From positions 4,136,018 to 4,200,017 of the forward strand of contig OZ316891.1 in assembly GCA_973895155.1 (NCBI GenBank): a DNA stretch of 64,000 nt, in the 5' to 3' direction. The translations under genes and the position numbers were made by a program. Under the pieces are notes generated by a model. It searched no databases, was not told where the DNA came from, and saw only the letters and a program-made list of their open reading frames with translations. Numbering within the stretch: position 1 is the stretch's first letter; each line of letters begins with the position of its first letter. Shown here one piece after another: positions 1 through 13,904 of this stretch. Origin of the DNA: Marsupella aquatica (lineage: Eukaryota > Plantae > Marchantiophyta).

Positions 1-2447
1 AGTCACTTGGTATTTGGGGTAACATCCAACTGCGGCGGGCTGGTATTGACAACTATTTTGTAACTCAGATGCAGTAAAATATATTGCACCTGTGACTGGA
101 CAAAATACTTCCACAAAGCCTGCACAAAGGCAGTGCAATATGTAGGGCAAGGGAAGGGGTGTGTACACAATACATATGACAGCCAAGCCTGGGAAAAATT
201 GTTTGGGCAGCCAAAAAAATGGCAGTCAATTGGTGGTTTGAACTGGGAGTTCAAAAATGAACCTAAGTTCCCTTCACTGATTAAGTCCTTAAGTCCTGCT
301 AGTGAATGTAGCAATGACATATCCACCTTAGCCAAGTATTTGACTACAGTTAAACTAAGTACAGCTACATAGTAACACTAGACCCACTAGTAAATGGCCA
401 ACAAATACTCAGTCACTCTCCACCCATTGCATACCTCAGGTCCATCGCACATGCTAAAGTTAAATTACTTGAGCTAACATGTGTCAACTTGGGATAAAAT
501 AAATGCAAGATCCTCAATATAAATCTAATAGACCAAGAGATGGTGCCACATCAGCAAAACGACGGACCCACCACGAGGTGACTAGAATAGGTCATTGTGT
601 CCCAAAGTTCCTGAAAAGTAAATTGGCCTGTTAGCAGATTTGTATGGCTCGGATTTGATATAAAACCCAGGGAGCTGCAAAGAGCTGACCTGCCTCCCAC
701 TTCTTGTAATGTTCCCCTTATTTGTGCTCACATTTTGGCAAGGAGAAATGAAAATAATATTTGTCTTAATATAGGCCGAGGTATTGTATCAAGCAAACAG
801 GAATTTTAATACTTAGCTAGGAGAGTCACTACTGGTTATACATTTCTTTTGTGCCTTTTCTAATTTTGGTGTTTTTTGAGACCCCAAATGGCTAGCTAGC
901 CAAAACAGCAGTCCCCAAAATGGATGGTACCAACCAGGTTCTTCTTAGGGAAGCATTTGGATACAGAAAAATAGTTGTAAAGTGAGTAAAAACATTGCTC
1001 ATGCTAGTATTTTTGAATTTTTTTAGTGTTTCCTCTCACCTACGATATCTGACTAGTCCTTCAAAGTAGCGGAGGGATAGTAGGGCCAGTCAACTTGTAT
1101 AGGAAGCGCAGAGCCCCGTTGTCTGGTTATTCGGCACACGGTGATCCCCAAATCCCCAAAACCCGGTGTGGTCAGCACACGCCACACTAAAAGTATCAAG
1201 AAGACACTGTTTCTCGAAAGTAGGTTGCTGAGTGACGAGATATGCTACAATGATGTGGGAAGAGGGAAATGAGCGATTGTGAGTAAAGTCTAGAACAGCA
1301 AGCCATCTGGAACAACAAGGAGTGTTGAACGACCGGAATGGGGTCCCCCGTCTCTCAATCTGCTTCGAATCCCATTTGATGCTAATAGATGAACCGTGCC
1401 CAAAAAGAATCGTGCCCTCGCCCACTATGTGACAGTCAATTATGTAGCTGCAACAGTGGCGATATCGATTCAAAGAAACGAGTGTGAGCTCTCAAGAAAT
1501 GAAAGAAGGGAAAGGCCCGAGAAGTCGATCCAAAACGGAAGTGGGACACTAGCTAGAGAAATGCAAGCTTGCGAAGCAACGCGTGTTCTGTATCATCTGT
1601 GAGGGTCTTTCAAATTCGGCTGTCTTCCCAATTGCGGGCAAGTCTGCAAAACTCTATTCATGGAGGGCATAGTTGACACGCTCCGACTTGTCCCGTAGTT
1701 AAGTAGTTTCCTATACTGACTCTACGGTACGTCGCAGAGCTGACACCCAAATTTGAGCTCGCACCTGATCATTCATCTGTTACAGCAGTTATGGCCTACA
1801 CTCACTCTCCCTAACGGAACGGGGGGCCCCCCACACGACTCGCCATCTGCCTCATGCGCGTGGGAACAATCTTTCTAATGCGTGAGTTAATACTGTAGAG
1901 GGGATTCTTTAATGTATGCACAGACTGCTCAAATTACTCGTGTTCCACGAGCCCAGATATAAGTGTATGAGCCATATAAGCTCGAACGTCCGAGTAAGCT
2001 AGTGGGACTCGTTGGCGGTTGGCTAGTGAGCTAGACAAGTACGTGGGAGCCCGCTAGTTGATTCCCCTTCTATTCGCAATTCGATGTCTCTTTACTCCTA
2101 ACTTGGCCCTATCTATTTTATAATTCTGATTCCTGGCCTTAATATGTTGCGGGCATTACTGTACCTCCTTGTGCAGCTCCGAGTGATTTAATGAATACGT
2201 CAAAACAAAAGGAATGTTTTCTGTCAGGTGGGACTCTGAAGTAGAGAGAGCTGTAGATCGCGCGCATGGGAATAGTTCAAAACATCGAATTTAAGTTCAA
2301 ATTTGGGGAACATTTGATGTACCGAGATATACATGAACCAAGTTCGATACCTGAAACTGATCCAGGCATGGCTCGGCAACTCTGATTTAAACCACCTGCT
2401 TTTGGATCTAGCCTCACTGCTATTGGACAATTACAATATATCAGCAG

Positions 2448-4988
2448 TTACACTCTGTCTATTAATATTGCTTCCCTGGCGATGTCGACATCAACTGCTA
2501 CTTTTAGCCGAACAGCAAACTGGGCGGCAGTTATCGTCTCTTTCCCGGTGCGTGTCTGTCCAGAGTCCAGGAAAAAGCAAAAAGCTTAGCTGAATCAATT
2601 TCCACTAAGAAATACCATGCAAATATTACAATTCTAAATTCTATTGGCCAGCAGATGAAGTGCATTGCAAATTCTCCTAGCTAGATCGGGGAATTATGTC
2701 GTGTACGTTCGAACCTTAAGCCCCACGACGCAAATGAAGTAGCCAGATAGCTTCACAATGTTGCAGGTGCTGACGTCGAGCTGAAACTCGTTTACCAAAC
2801 CCAGCATCGTACTCAAATAGTCGTTTCCGCATCGACACTTCAAAAGATTCTCCTGTTGAACTCTAACGCTACTGTCTAGGTGGATATGGAATTCAACAAA
2901 AATGTCTTCCTGTTCCCGAATTTGTCGAACCGACGAGATCATTGCAGATCTTTGTGTTGGCCTGGATTGAGCACTTGTACCCCATGTAGGCTGAGTTAGG
3001 ACGTCGATTGGCTTCATGTATGTTCCTAAGCGTTTGATGATCACTTCATTTGAGAAGCAATTCCCACTCGTTCTCATGTTGCAGTTAGTTGATATTGGTA
3101 CACTGACTTTCCCTGGATCCAAGGATTGTCTGTGCCCCGCCGACGGTGCTAAACTGGCCCTAAGGAGCTTTTTTGCATCGAAACGCTTTTGAAGATCCTT
3201 GACCTCTCGCTCTAATCTCCTCAGCAGGTGAATTGCATCGTACACCACAGAGACCCTGTCCCTCTACAACCATAATTTCAAATTAACCAATATGAGTGCG
3301 AATGGCTCAATCGTGAGCAGTGAACTGAGCACTGCTCGAGTCTGGATTACCACTTGCATGTTACTATCTACGGACATATATAAAAAATCGAAGCAACTTT
3401 TGAGTTGGCTTGAGAACCTTAGCACCGTTCCATTCACCATCTCGAGCCATTCTGGAAAGAGGTGCACGCAAACTGACGTCTATGCTGAATTGCAAAATAC
3501 TTTATGTTGAAGTCACATATCCAAATCTACGCAATACAAGAACCAACCTTCCCCACCCCCAAATAGACACGTACAACACATTCACATTGCAACCGTTTTC
3601 ACGATACACAGAAACTAAAAAGCCGCATTTGTCTAGAGGAGATGTGGCCAGCGCAGGAGTGCAAAGAGATGAACTGCCAGTAATTACAAACGTACTTTGG
3701 AGCTTTTCGGGAGCAGGAGTTCCAGTGCTGCAATCTTGGACGCCATGAGATCTCGCCGTTGCCGTTCCCTCTGGATGTGATCCAATGGGGTCAGGAAACT
3801 GGTAGCTTCATCTTTCATAGTATTGCCATGACGCATCCTTCGTCTCTGGTATTTCCTGGGCTCAAATGGTAGTTCCTTTCCGTTCTTCTTCAACTCCGGA
3901 CGATCTCTAAGATTTTCGCTCCTAAATTGGTGCGGTTTGCCACCAGTATTACATTCTCCACGGTGATGACGTCCGTGCAAGTCTGGTGAACTTGGCATAG
4001 AAACGCTTGGCCCTTGGTGTAGGAAATTGTACTGCCGACTGTCCAGGTTCACCTTTGAATCATGGACCCCATCACTAAAGTGCCCCACTCCAGTTACGCC
4101 TTGCACTGGACCCCTCGCCAGGGATTGGGACTGGGATTGGGACTGAAATCCACTCTTCTGGCAAGCCGATTGAGGAGGGGTACACAAGGTCTTTTCAAGA
4201 ATCTCCGTTTGATGGCCCGACTTAGCCTGAGGAAAACAGTTGTCCTCTGAATGAATACTCCTTGATGATATAGTCGAACCGAAGCCCACCGATGTAAGAC
4301 TTGTCTTAACTGGCCAGGGTAAATGATTGTTCTCAGGCTCAAGTGGCCTCGGACACTCGAGATCGATTCCTTCCAGTGCCGAAGTTTCTGCAATGGTTGG
4401 GATCGGATAGCTGCAACTACTACGCTTTCCTGATGGCCTGTGTAATTCGGATGAAATCTTGGTACTCACAGGATCTCCAGTCGGACAACAAGACGTCGAA
4501 CCCTCGTTCCATCCGAGTTTCTGGGGTGGAAGCACAGCATACGTCGCCAGGTCTTGCGAAAGAGGTCGTAAGTCTCCCCAGAAACCCGACAGCTCGTTGA
4601 AAGCAAGCGAGTCATAATCGCCCGACAACTCACGCCCAAAGGATTCATGCACAGTGGGCAGGTGCTGGCTGGCAGGATACGATCCCACACGTCCTTGCAT
4701 TATGTGCGCCAGTTCACTAGAAACTCCAGCAGACGCACCAGGAGAGAGCACTGCAGTTCCTGGGAAGAAAATCCTTTTTCCAGTTCCAGTGAACCGCTGT
4801 TGTTGCTGAAGGTCGTCTACTGAGGACAGTGCTCTAGATGAGCTGCGTGGATCGTGATTAAACTCCGCAAAGCATCTCGACGAAAACGGAAGCGAGTCTC
4901 TATACAATGTATCCTTCGGATCGAGCGTGTGTTTATCATGAGCTCTCGATTGGTCCTGAATCTCCCAGGATGTCAATGCTATAGCCAT
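2448..4988 (-). CDS. bHLH transcription factor with C-terminal ACT-like domain; 3 exons (4988-3696, 3263-2715, 2555-2448), ~649 aa
   Basis: Exon 1 ends with basic region/helix 1 DHIQRERQRRDLMASKIAALELLLPKSSK, then a GT donor. Exon 2 begins after an AG with helix 2 RDRVSVVYDAIHLLRRLEREVKDL and ends in an ACT-like segment (LLKCRC..LSTMLGLVNEFQLDVSTCNIVK). Putative exon 3 (TRTGKETITAAQFAVRLKVAV...DRV*) follows a pyrimidine tract + CAG in phase 0. Exon 3 is less certain. Confidence 0.85.
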
Positions 4989-6539
4989 GGTGCATCGACG
5001 ATCGACAAAGGATTTGTCTCAGGCATGTCGTCCCCTTCGACCAAGAAAACGTGTACCCGCACTGCTGCACAGCAATCTATTGAGGAAAACCTCCCTCTAT
5101 CCCTGTTTATACTGGATTCGAAACCACCAACCAGCATTTTCGAGAATCAATCATATTGCGCAAGTCACATTGGATTCTTGAGTTGAAAAAGAATGTCCCG
5201 CGCTGAAGTATTGAGTGATGAAAACTCCACCAATCTTTCAGTAAAATCTACCGTTGAAGAGAAGGAAAAAACGTCTCCGCCACTGAACCTCTTTAAAGCC
5301 CTCTGTTAGACTGAGAAACAATTAGGGTGTTGGTCGCTGGACTGATGCCACGCGGGGGGGGGGGGGGGGAGGGTCGGTAGTCTCTGACGATCTTGTACGA
5401 AGAGAATTTACCAACTGAGTTGATGATCTGAGATGCCCAATTGGCAGTTTCCGAACATTTCACCCACGGGTTGCAGGATAATCTTTTTGAGTCCATGGCA
5501 TCATGCCAGGTTTTATTTTTTTACCCCAGTGCTTTCTACTCGAGGTCCTCAACTGTCATGAGCCCTCGCGGACTGTATTACTTTGGAGTAAGAAAATGAG
5601 GTACTATCTTGCTGCGAGTGTCCAGAACGAAGACGATGATGTGCGGGTAATGTAATTAACCGTTCACTAAACCTTTCCACACGCCATAGCGCAAAAAGCC
5701 TCGAACGATACGGCCTCCGACCCAACGACGGCACCAACTTTGAGACTGAGACAAGAATCAGAAGCAAATCAGGAATTGAAAGGCTTGTTTACCACTAAGA
5801 CAATATGGACCCTGACCGCTTAATTTGTAATGAACGAAAAGCTCTCGCCTGACGGCATTCGTCAGGTTCAGTTCATCCGGAAGCATGAGATATAAGCACT
5901 GTGCAGTAGAGTTATTAGAACAGTACAGCAATTTGGGAATCTACTGGGAGCTACAGAAAATCTACAACTATCTCAAAGTGAACGAGGTAAAACCCATAAA
6001 CAATTAATTTCCAGATACTCCTGAGTTCCGAGAGCACTGTTTGGTGCGTGGGACGGCATGATTGGAGTCTCCCTTATGTCAGAAGTGTGAAACTCACGTA
6101 ATTGTTGCGAGTGTCTAGGATTGATTGTATGGTCCGGAGCTGCACCGTCTCAACCCCGGTCTCAACTATAAATTCTCCAGTGTAAAAGCAAATAACCCCT
6201 GGACTACGTGAGACAAAAGACACGATTATTTGCTACTCTACGAAAACATTTCATTAGCGTGCTGTGAAAAAGTTCAATTTCTCAGGTCGTCGGTAAATGT
6301 GGATATAGCTCCATGATTTCCGGCCGTGAGCGGTGTGGGCTGTTGGGCTCCAAGATTTCCGGTCGCCAGTGGTGTGGACTGTTGGTGACTCTTGTCGATC
6401 TCCAAGTGACCAGCATCGACATAGAGTCCAGCATAGAGTCTTTGAAACAGTCCAAGGAGTTGCATTGTGACCACGAAATGACTGTGCTCACGAAACAAGC
6501 AGTTATTTGAGTGATTTACAAGAGTCTGGGAGAAATGTT

Positions 6540-7255
6540 GACACGAACAACATTCAAAATATTTGCATAACAATAGGCTCATCTCTTGAGTTATCTACTA
6601 AAATCTAACCATGCACAACGTACACTAATGTTGAGACCAAACTTCAATGCATTGGCAGTGAACAATATATAGGTTGATCTCTTGACCAATCGATCTACTA
6701 GAGTCTGACCAAGCATGAGTCATGTTGAGACTAACAAGCTTCAATGCATTCGGACCATGCATGAGTCACGTTGAGACGCATACTAACAAGCTTCAATGTA
6801 TTCACATAACAATAAACTGACCTCTTCAGTTATTGAGCAGTGTCTGATCAGGTATGAGTAAATATGTTGAGACTAACAAGTTTCAATGCATTCACGTAAC
6901 AATAAACTGATCTCTTGAGTTATCTATTAGAGTCTGACCGTGCATGAGTAATGTTGAGACTAACAAGTTTCAATGCATTCGTGTAACTATAACCTGATCT
7001 ATTGAGTTATCTATTAGAGTCTGACCATGCATGAGTAATGTAGAGTATGTATCAACTTTCAATGTATTCATGTAACAATAAACTGATCTATTGAGTTATC
7101 TACTAGAGTCTGACCATGCCTGAGTAATGGAGAGACTATCAAGTTTCAATGTATTCACGTAACAATAAGCAGCGGATCTCTTGAGTTATCTACTAGAGTC
7201 TGACCATGCATGAGTAATGTTGAAAATAACAAGCTCAATGCATTCACAGAACAAT
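6540..7255. repeat. Tandem array of ~87-bp units (about 7-8 copies, outer ones degenerate)
   Basis: Unit GTTGAGACTAACAAGTTTCAATGCATTCACGTAACAATAAACTGATCTCTTGAGTTATCTATTAGAGTCTGACCATGCATGAGTAAT recurs at about 6866, 6953, 7040, 7129 and 7219, with more diverged copies from ~6540. Confidence 0.9.
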
Positions 7256-7779
7256 ATATATACTCTGATCTCATGGGGATGAACTTGAATGTGCTCACCA
7301 AACAATAATCTAATCTGTTGTCGACATTGGTTTAGAAGTCTAGGAGTTACATTCAAATTGTACACTGGATTGTGCTTACACTATCATATTCTCAAAATCT
7401 ACTAATCTAAATCTATTGAACCCATTGGTTTAGTCATTGGTTTAGTCAGGAGTCCATCAGAACTGGAATGTGTTAAGTACTCTTATATTCATTCCTACAT
7501 GTACATCCTAATCTGTTGTAACATTGCATTAGGCTAGGGATTCTATCAAATCTAGAAAGTTTCATTTTCATATTATGAAACATTGATAGATGGTGATCAA
7601 TTATTTTTCAATTGTATGAGATCTTGAATCAATTATTTTTCAATTGTATGAGATCTTGAAATTATAAGTGTCACAAGTATGAAATAGTCATGAACATAAA
7701 TTAGATGTGCTAATAAAAAGTCAAACTTAAGTTTATCAAATCTAAAATTGTAAATCTTTGTCAGAGTGAAAGAATAATA

Positions 7780-8200
7780 ATCAAATATAAACATAAATAT
7801 GTATTAAAAAAATTAAATATTCTTATATTAGATCTATAAATTGTAAATATAATCATTTAATATATGTGATATTTATTAATATATAAATTTAAATATTTTT
7901 ATTAACAAAATTTTAAAATTTATATGTTTTAATAATAGAATAATAATTATTAAAAATAATCATATTACTAAAATAATTAACAACATATAAATATATTTTA
8001 TTTATTTATATTTTATAATTATATATTATTTTGAAAATATAAATATTTATAAAATATATTAATAAATTAGAATTTATTTATATAAATATTATTTTTAAAT
8101 TTTTAATTTTTAATAAATATTTAAATTATTTTATAATGTAAAAAATATGTTTATTAAGATAAGAAATATTCAATGTAAATCAAAATTAAAAGTTTAATAT
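7780..8200. other. Extremely AT-rich low-complexity island
   Basis: Almost only A/T for ~400 bp; no ORF. Confidence 0.85.
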
Positions 8201-8219
8201 TAACATGTTTCTTTTACTG

Positions 8220-8905
8220 CACATACATGGGTTTCATTAATCAGGATAATTATTTTTAATCAAAAATTGACATCTAGTCATAGCAGATGATAAGGTACAT
8301 GCATGGGTTTCAATAATCAGGATAATTTTTTTCAATCAAAAATTGACATCTAGTCCGTAGCAGATGATAAGGTAGCAGATGATACACAATCATGGAGCCT
8401 GTCACTTCATGGAGCCTGTTACTTTCACAATTTCCAATTCAAAGCTTCAGGGAGTGTTGAAAACCCTAGAGCTACGTAGGACTCCATGACTAGACTTGTG
8501 ATAAATTCATCGAGATTCAAGAGATGGAGCCTGTCACTTCATGGAGCCTGAGTGTTCGAACTCCATGACTAGGCTAGCTTGTAATAAATTCATCTAGATT
8601 CAAGAGATGGAGCCTGTCACTTCATCGAGGCTGTTGGAACTCCATGACTAGGCTAGCTTGTGATAAATTCATCTAGATTAGAGATGGAGCCTGTCACGTC
8701 ACAATTCCAATTTGAGCGATGGAGCCTGTCACTTCATGGAGGCTGTTCGAACTCCATGACTAGGCTAGCTTGTGATAAATTCATCTAGATTAGAGATGGA
8801 GCCTGTCACGTCACAATTCTAATTTGAGCGCTTCAGTGAGTGCTGAAAACTCCAGAGCTAAGTCGAACTCCATGATTAGGCTTGTGATAAATTGATCTAG
8901 ATTCT
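8220..8905. repeat. Compound tandem repeats: a ~76-bp duplication (8220-8375), then modular repeats of ATGGAGCCTGTCAC(TTC) and ACTCCATGACTAGGCTAGCTTGTGATAAATTCATCTAGATT
   Basis: Both motifs recur several times between 8390 and 8905. Confidence 0.85.
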
Positions 8906-11900
8906 TAATTTCTAACAGAACCACGTACCAGCTTGCAACTTGCTCTAATCAATCAAAGCACGGGGTAGGTCTTCAACAACGTTAGAAATATATAATTCTC
9001 ACTGAGTGAATGTAACTTCAATCCTGTTGACATACATGACGTGTAATGTTTACTCCTCAATCATTCATAGATCAGTTATTCAGGAGATCCACACATGATC
9101 TGCACTCCAGGTTGATTTGCAGATTGCCCACCACGAAGTGTAAGATAGGTCCTCTCAAGATTAAAACTCGGCTCATCTCCCATCAATTGCATTGACTAAC
9201 TAAGTCTGTCTTCAAAGGGTTTCAGGAAAACTGCATAGATATTTCAAATGTGAGGCGCAGCCCAATTCTTTTGTGCAAATGGGGCTAACTAACCTGTCCT
9301 CGTGACAACAAAGCACCAGAGTTGCATCAAGTCTTCCTGCGAGCGGATCATACGTACGCATGACAACAGAGGGTTACCAGAAGTGCACAGTGTTCACAAT
9401 ATATATATACACGAGGCAACCCGTTGGTGGGCCTGAAAAAACATAAGTGCACTCGAGAGTGGCTCCACATAAACGTATAACTAGTCACAGCATGCTATAT
9501 AGTGTTCAAAAAGACAAGAAAGACAAGGTATGACAAAGTAATCACGTATGGTGGCCTAGGTAGGGAGTATCTAGTACCTAGGGTGGCTTTACTCTAATGC
9601 ACATGCACTCAGTGGGCCCAAGCATTCACTCTTTTTTGTAGGGCCAAGGCAGGTACGTTGGCTTTAGGGGCTTTCAACAGATTCCACTTTGCCACCCTCC
9701 TATGTGGTTTGCTCTGAAGCTCGATTTATCAGGCTTTTCAATTCTTCCCTTAGTAGGATATTAGTCTTGGCGTCCTATCATAGCTGCCCTCTGATGTGCA
9801 ATGTCTTGGATGGTTTTACTAGCCCCCTTGGCCCCTTGGCTTGCTGCTTGGCCCTGGTTGTACGTGCGGTCCCTGCAATGAAGATAAGGGGTTTCCCAGC
9901 CCCAAATCAGTTCTGCCTTCAGGAGGGGCTTTCCCTCCCCTTGTTTTAAGAAAAAAGTGATTGCAATGAATCCTGCATTCACGTAAGGTAGTTCGACCTA
10001 ATTTGAATGTTCTCATGTTTGAGCTTGCATTCATTTGAGATTTTTACTATTAACAGAGTTGCAAGAGGCAGGCTGCAGTTGTCACAAAAATGCAATCTCC
10101 AAAAATTCACTGGATAGTAGAGCACACATGCGCCTTTATATTAAGTCTTGAGTGTTTGAAAGAATCATGGCTATTTCATTCACCCTTGATATTTCGAACT
10201 GAAAGTATTTTTGAGGAGTGAGTCGGAACAGATCTATCCATGAAAATTAAATTTACAAAATGTATATATTACGGAAAATTCTTAACACCTCCTACTTGCC
10301 TTGGAGGTAACATTCACAGTGTTCAAAATTAGTCAAAGATTATTCTGGTAGGAACGCGTGGAAGGTAAGCATTTTGCATGAAAGAGTTTACAGTTGAACT
10401 GGAATTGAACTCAGCGTATTTTAAGTAAACCATGTGCAATCTTGACCTAATAGAAGTACCCTATGTTTTGACACATGACTATTCCCATCTTATATTCCAA
10501 ATTAAAATAACCTGTTTTACTTTATAGAAAGTATGAAATTGTAATAATCTCTCTTTTTGTGTTGTCTAAACAAAAATTAAGATTACTTTTGGATGGCACC
10601 TACCAGTAGTTCCAAACTTTGACCCCAGCTATCCCCATCAACAATTTCTAGCGGAAGAAAGTGAACATATCTTTCCGTGAAAGCTTTTTTAATCATCGTT
10701 CCTCACATGCAGGGCAGTATAGAAAGGCCTCTCCATTAATTAAGGTACCACATGCTTCTGACAATCACACTCGTCAGGGCTCTGGTTCCTTAAAATGTTT
10801 TCCTTATTGGCTGTTTATCACATAAACACCATTCAAATTGGAACATCAAGCCAGTTATTCACGGAACATTTGCACTAATCCATATGCACTTATCCATATG
10901 TACATACAGTAGTCTGCAATATCCCCGGAAATATCTATTAAGAGCATGGAAATCACTTATGAAATTCCCCATTGTGCACACACATAGGACTTCTCATAAT
11001 CATAGTGCACATGCATACTGGATAAGTGCATGAAAGTACTTTACAAGGTTGCGTGCTGCACTTATCAATAAACGCTTCTTATGCATTGCAGTAATTGATA
11101 AATACATATGTATACTTATAGATGGAAATGCACTTATGTCTGGGCTTATATATTTGTTGTCTAGTGCCGACAGTATGCCGTTTAGTGTAGGTCGACCTGC
11201 ACTTATATATGCAAACTGTATTTTTGGTGCATGTACAAAGAAAGTTCTTGGAACTTCATGGGAAGACATGGTTTGCCTGCATTGATCCACATAATGTATT
11301 AATCCACATAATGCACTTATCCACGCTGCACTTATACTCCGTTCACTGTAGTCTGTTTAGATTAGTTTTACCTAGTTACTGTTTTGTAACAATAATTGCA
11401 GCTGGTGGTAGAACGGGCTTGGTGGTCCCTGAAAGACGTCATGCTATAACTCAAGGAGCTACCAGTGCTACATGATTTTTAATTCTCACACAAAATCAAA
11501 TTTCTAAGTGACTGTTGAGTGAAGTGTTGGATCATAATATGTGACCATATTCCTGGTCAGTATCAATGGTCAGACATACTAAAGAAACGAGCCTCCTTAT
11601 TAAGAAAAAAAAAACTCCAATAACAACTAGAAGTAAAATTGGTAGTTCACCAAGAGCGTACACCTTGAGTGAATTCCTTGTGTCCAAGTTGAGAACTCTT
11701 GCAGAGCTGAAGACAATAGGGAAATGGGTAGGAAGGGAGAATGTCGGGAAGAGTGTATTCACAGCAGGCTCCATGTTTGCTTGCTTGAACTAGGTGCACG
11801 ACAAAGTCACCAGAAAGGTCCTAGTGCCAACATATTTCCTGCCCCAACTTGATGTCAACATGTTGGTGGTGATCTTGTTACCCAATGCTGCAGTACCTAC

Positions 11901-13904
11901 AGACAGGCAGGAGTCTACCAGAAACACAGCTTCCAATCAAACCAGTCATGCATCTTGAGGGCCCGCAAAACATTCAGGGAGATGAGTTTTGTATGGCCAG
12001 GGATAAAAATTAAAATAATGTCCAAAACAATTGGACTTGGGGATATGGAACAAGGGGCGCCATATATAGCAGCAGCAGAACTTTTGAGGAGACATGATCA
12101 CATAAAAAACCATTTATCACTCAATCACATATCTTTTCTACATACAAGGTTGGAAATAGTCTAAGTTGGCTACCCTGGGAAACGACAGAGTCTCCCAAAG
12201 GTGCTGTGCTTGACAAGTTTGTCAAGACACTCAAAGAACTAGGAACCATGCTTGTACCAATTCTTTGCAAACTTTCAAAACCCTGTCAGTTGGAGCACAC
12301 TTCCCAATCCTGGCCTTGTCTTCTCTACCACGTACTTTTGGATTCGCTTCATAGGGGCCTTCTGCTGGGTTGGTTTTTATGCTCTTTTCATAGGGCTTTC
12401 TTTTGTTTTACTGGTTTCTCAGCTTGTTGCACAATTAAGGCCTTTCTTCTCCTGTCTCTGCTCAACACCACCTCTAATATTGTTTGCCTTTTGACCAGTT
12501 ACTAACCTCTTTTGTTGGCTTCTTGTACTCACCTCTTTTGTTGGCTTCTTCCTAAAACTGAAAGCAGCTACCCCACCAGGAACATGATTGGCACCTCACA
12601 ACAATGGGCAGGTACAAGAAACTAATAAAAGAGGTTGGTTTATCTCCCTGGCTCTGATGGGTGTCTCCTTGGTTAATTTTTCTATCTCCAAATTACTTGA
12701 ACCCACCATATATATATATATCATCTCTGATTTCCATATTCAAATACAATTAGACACCCCCCCCCCTCTAAGGTTCATTCCTTTCCATGCCCTCAATCAA
12801 AGAAAAGAAAAGTTGCCAGTCGTGTGCCTTGAACACGCCACGTCGTAGTCTCAACTGAGCTCCAATACCCTAGGTCATCAATTCTCCATGCTCATTACTA
12901 TTTAATCATTTATAATTATTTTAAAATTTATATTAAAAATATATTGATATTTTTAAAATTGATATTATAGAACTTGTACATTACTTTTGAATAAGTTGTA
13001 AGGGTCAAGCATTAGAACCCCTCAAAAATCTGTGCCCTCCTCCAAACTGAACGGGGACACAAAAATGTGGCTGGCCTGAAACTGAAGTGAGACACAAAAA
13101 TGGAGAGAGCGTTCCGGTGGGCTGTGGGGGAGAATCGACGTGCATTGAATGACAATGCAGGGACTCGTCTCCCTGAATCGCAAAACAAAGTGGAAGGCTG
13201 GACAGGCCATCCACTCTCACTCTTTTCAAACTTGAGGGTTTCTCTCAAGTGAGTAAAGGCTGCAATCTCCTCCACGAATCATGGAGATCTACAGTACTCA
13301 TCCCCATTCAGCTGATGGAACAATGCCCCAAGTACTCACAAAGTTGGTGACTGCTTGACAACCCGCTTGACAACTTTCTTAAGCCGCAGGCTCAAATCCA
13401 TCATATGAGAGTTGCATAGATGTTTTTTTATCACACCTTTTCAGCTCACTTATTCATTTGGCTTGCTTTCAATCTGGTTGAAATCATAGCTTTAAGATGA
13501 AGATCAAAACTCCCTTCTTCTCTAGGCAACATTATTGAGCTATTCATACAACATTACACTAAACAGAGGGCATTTTCAAAAGCGCAGCTTGATGTCAGCC
13601 CGGTGGTCAAGTTGTCTAATGCTTTGCTATAGAATTTATCTCAGTTTGAAATTCTATCCAAAATGGGATCGGACCCTTTTTTGGGTGTGAACTTGCTAAT
13701 CACTTTATTCAGTCCATGGGAATGGACAGAGACAACTTACATCTTGGCTTTGTCCAGGCTTATGTTTCCCCAATTTAACTTTTCTTTTCCATACAACAGC
13801 AAAAAGTTGGAAAATCAAAATCGAACTGGTAAATTAAACTGCTATACATGTATGTGGGGTTCCAATCACCAGTTTTGCTCTGTTGATCCTTTAGGGCTTG
13901 CTAT

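Noticed and set aside
3-2200. Short ORFs at the window start
   Set aside because: No motifs recognised; probably intergenic or TE-derived.
6540-8905. CRISPR-like appearance of regularly spaced repeats
   Set aside because: Units are contiguous tandem copies without unique spacers, there are no cas genes, and the context is eukaryotic.
9545-9957. Possible retroelement 3' end with short A tail
   Set aside because: No TSD or second copy in the window.
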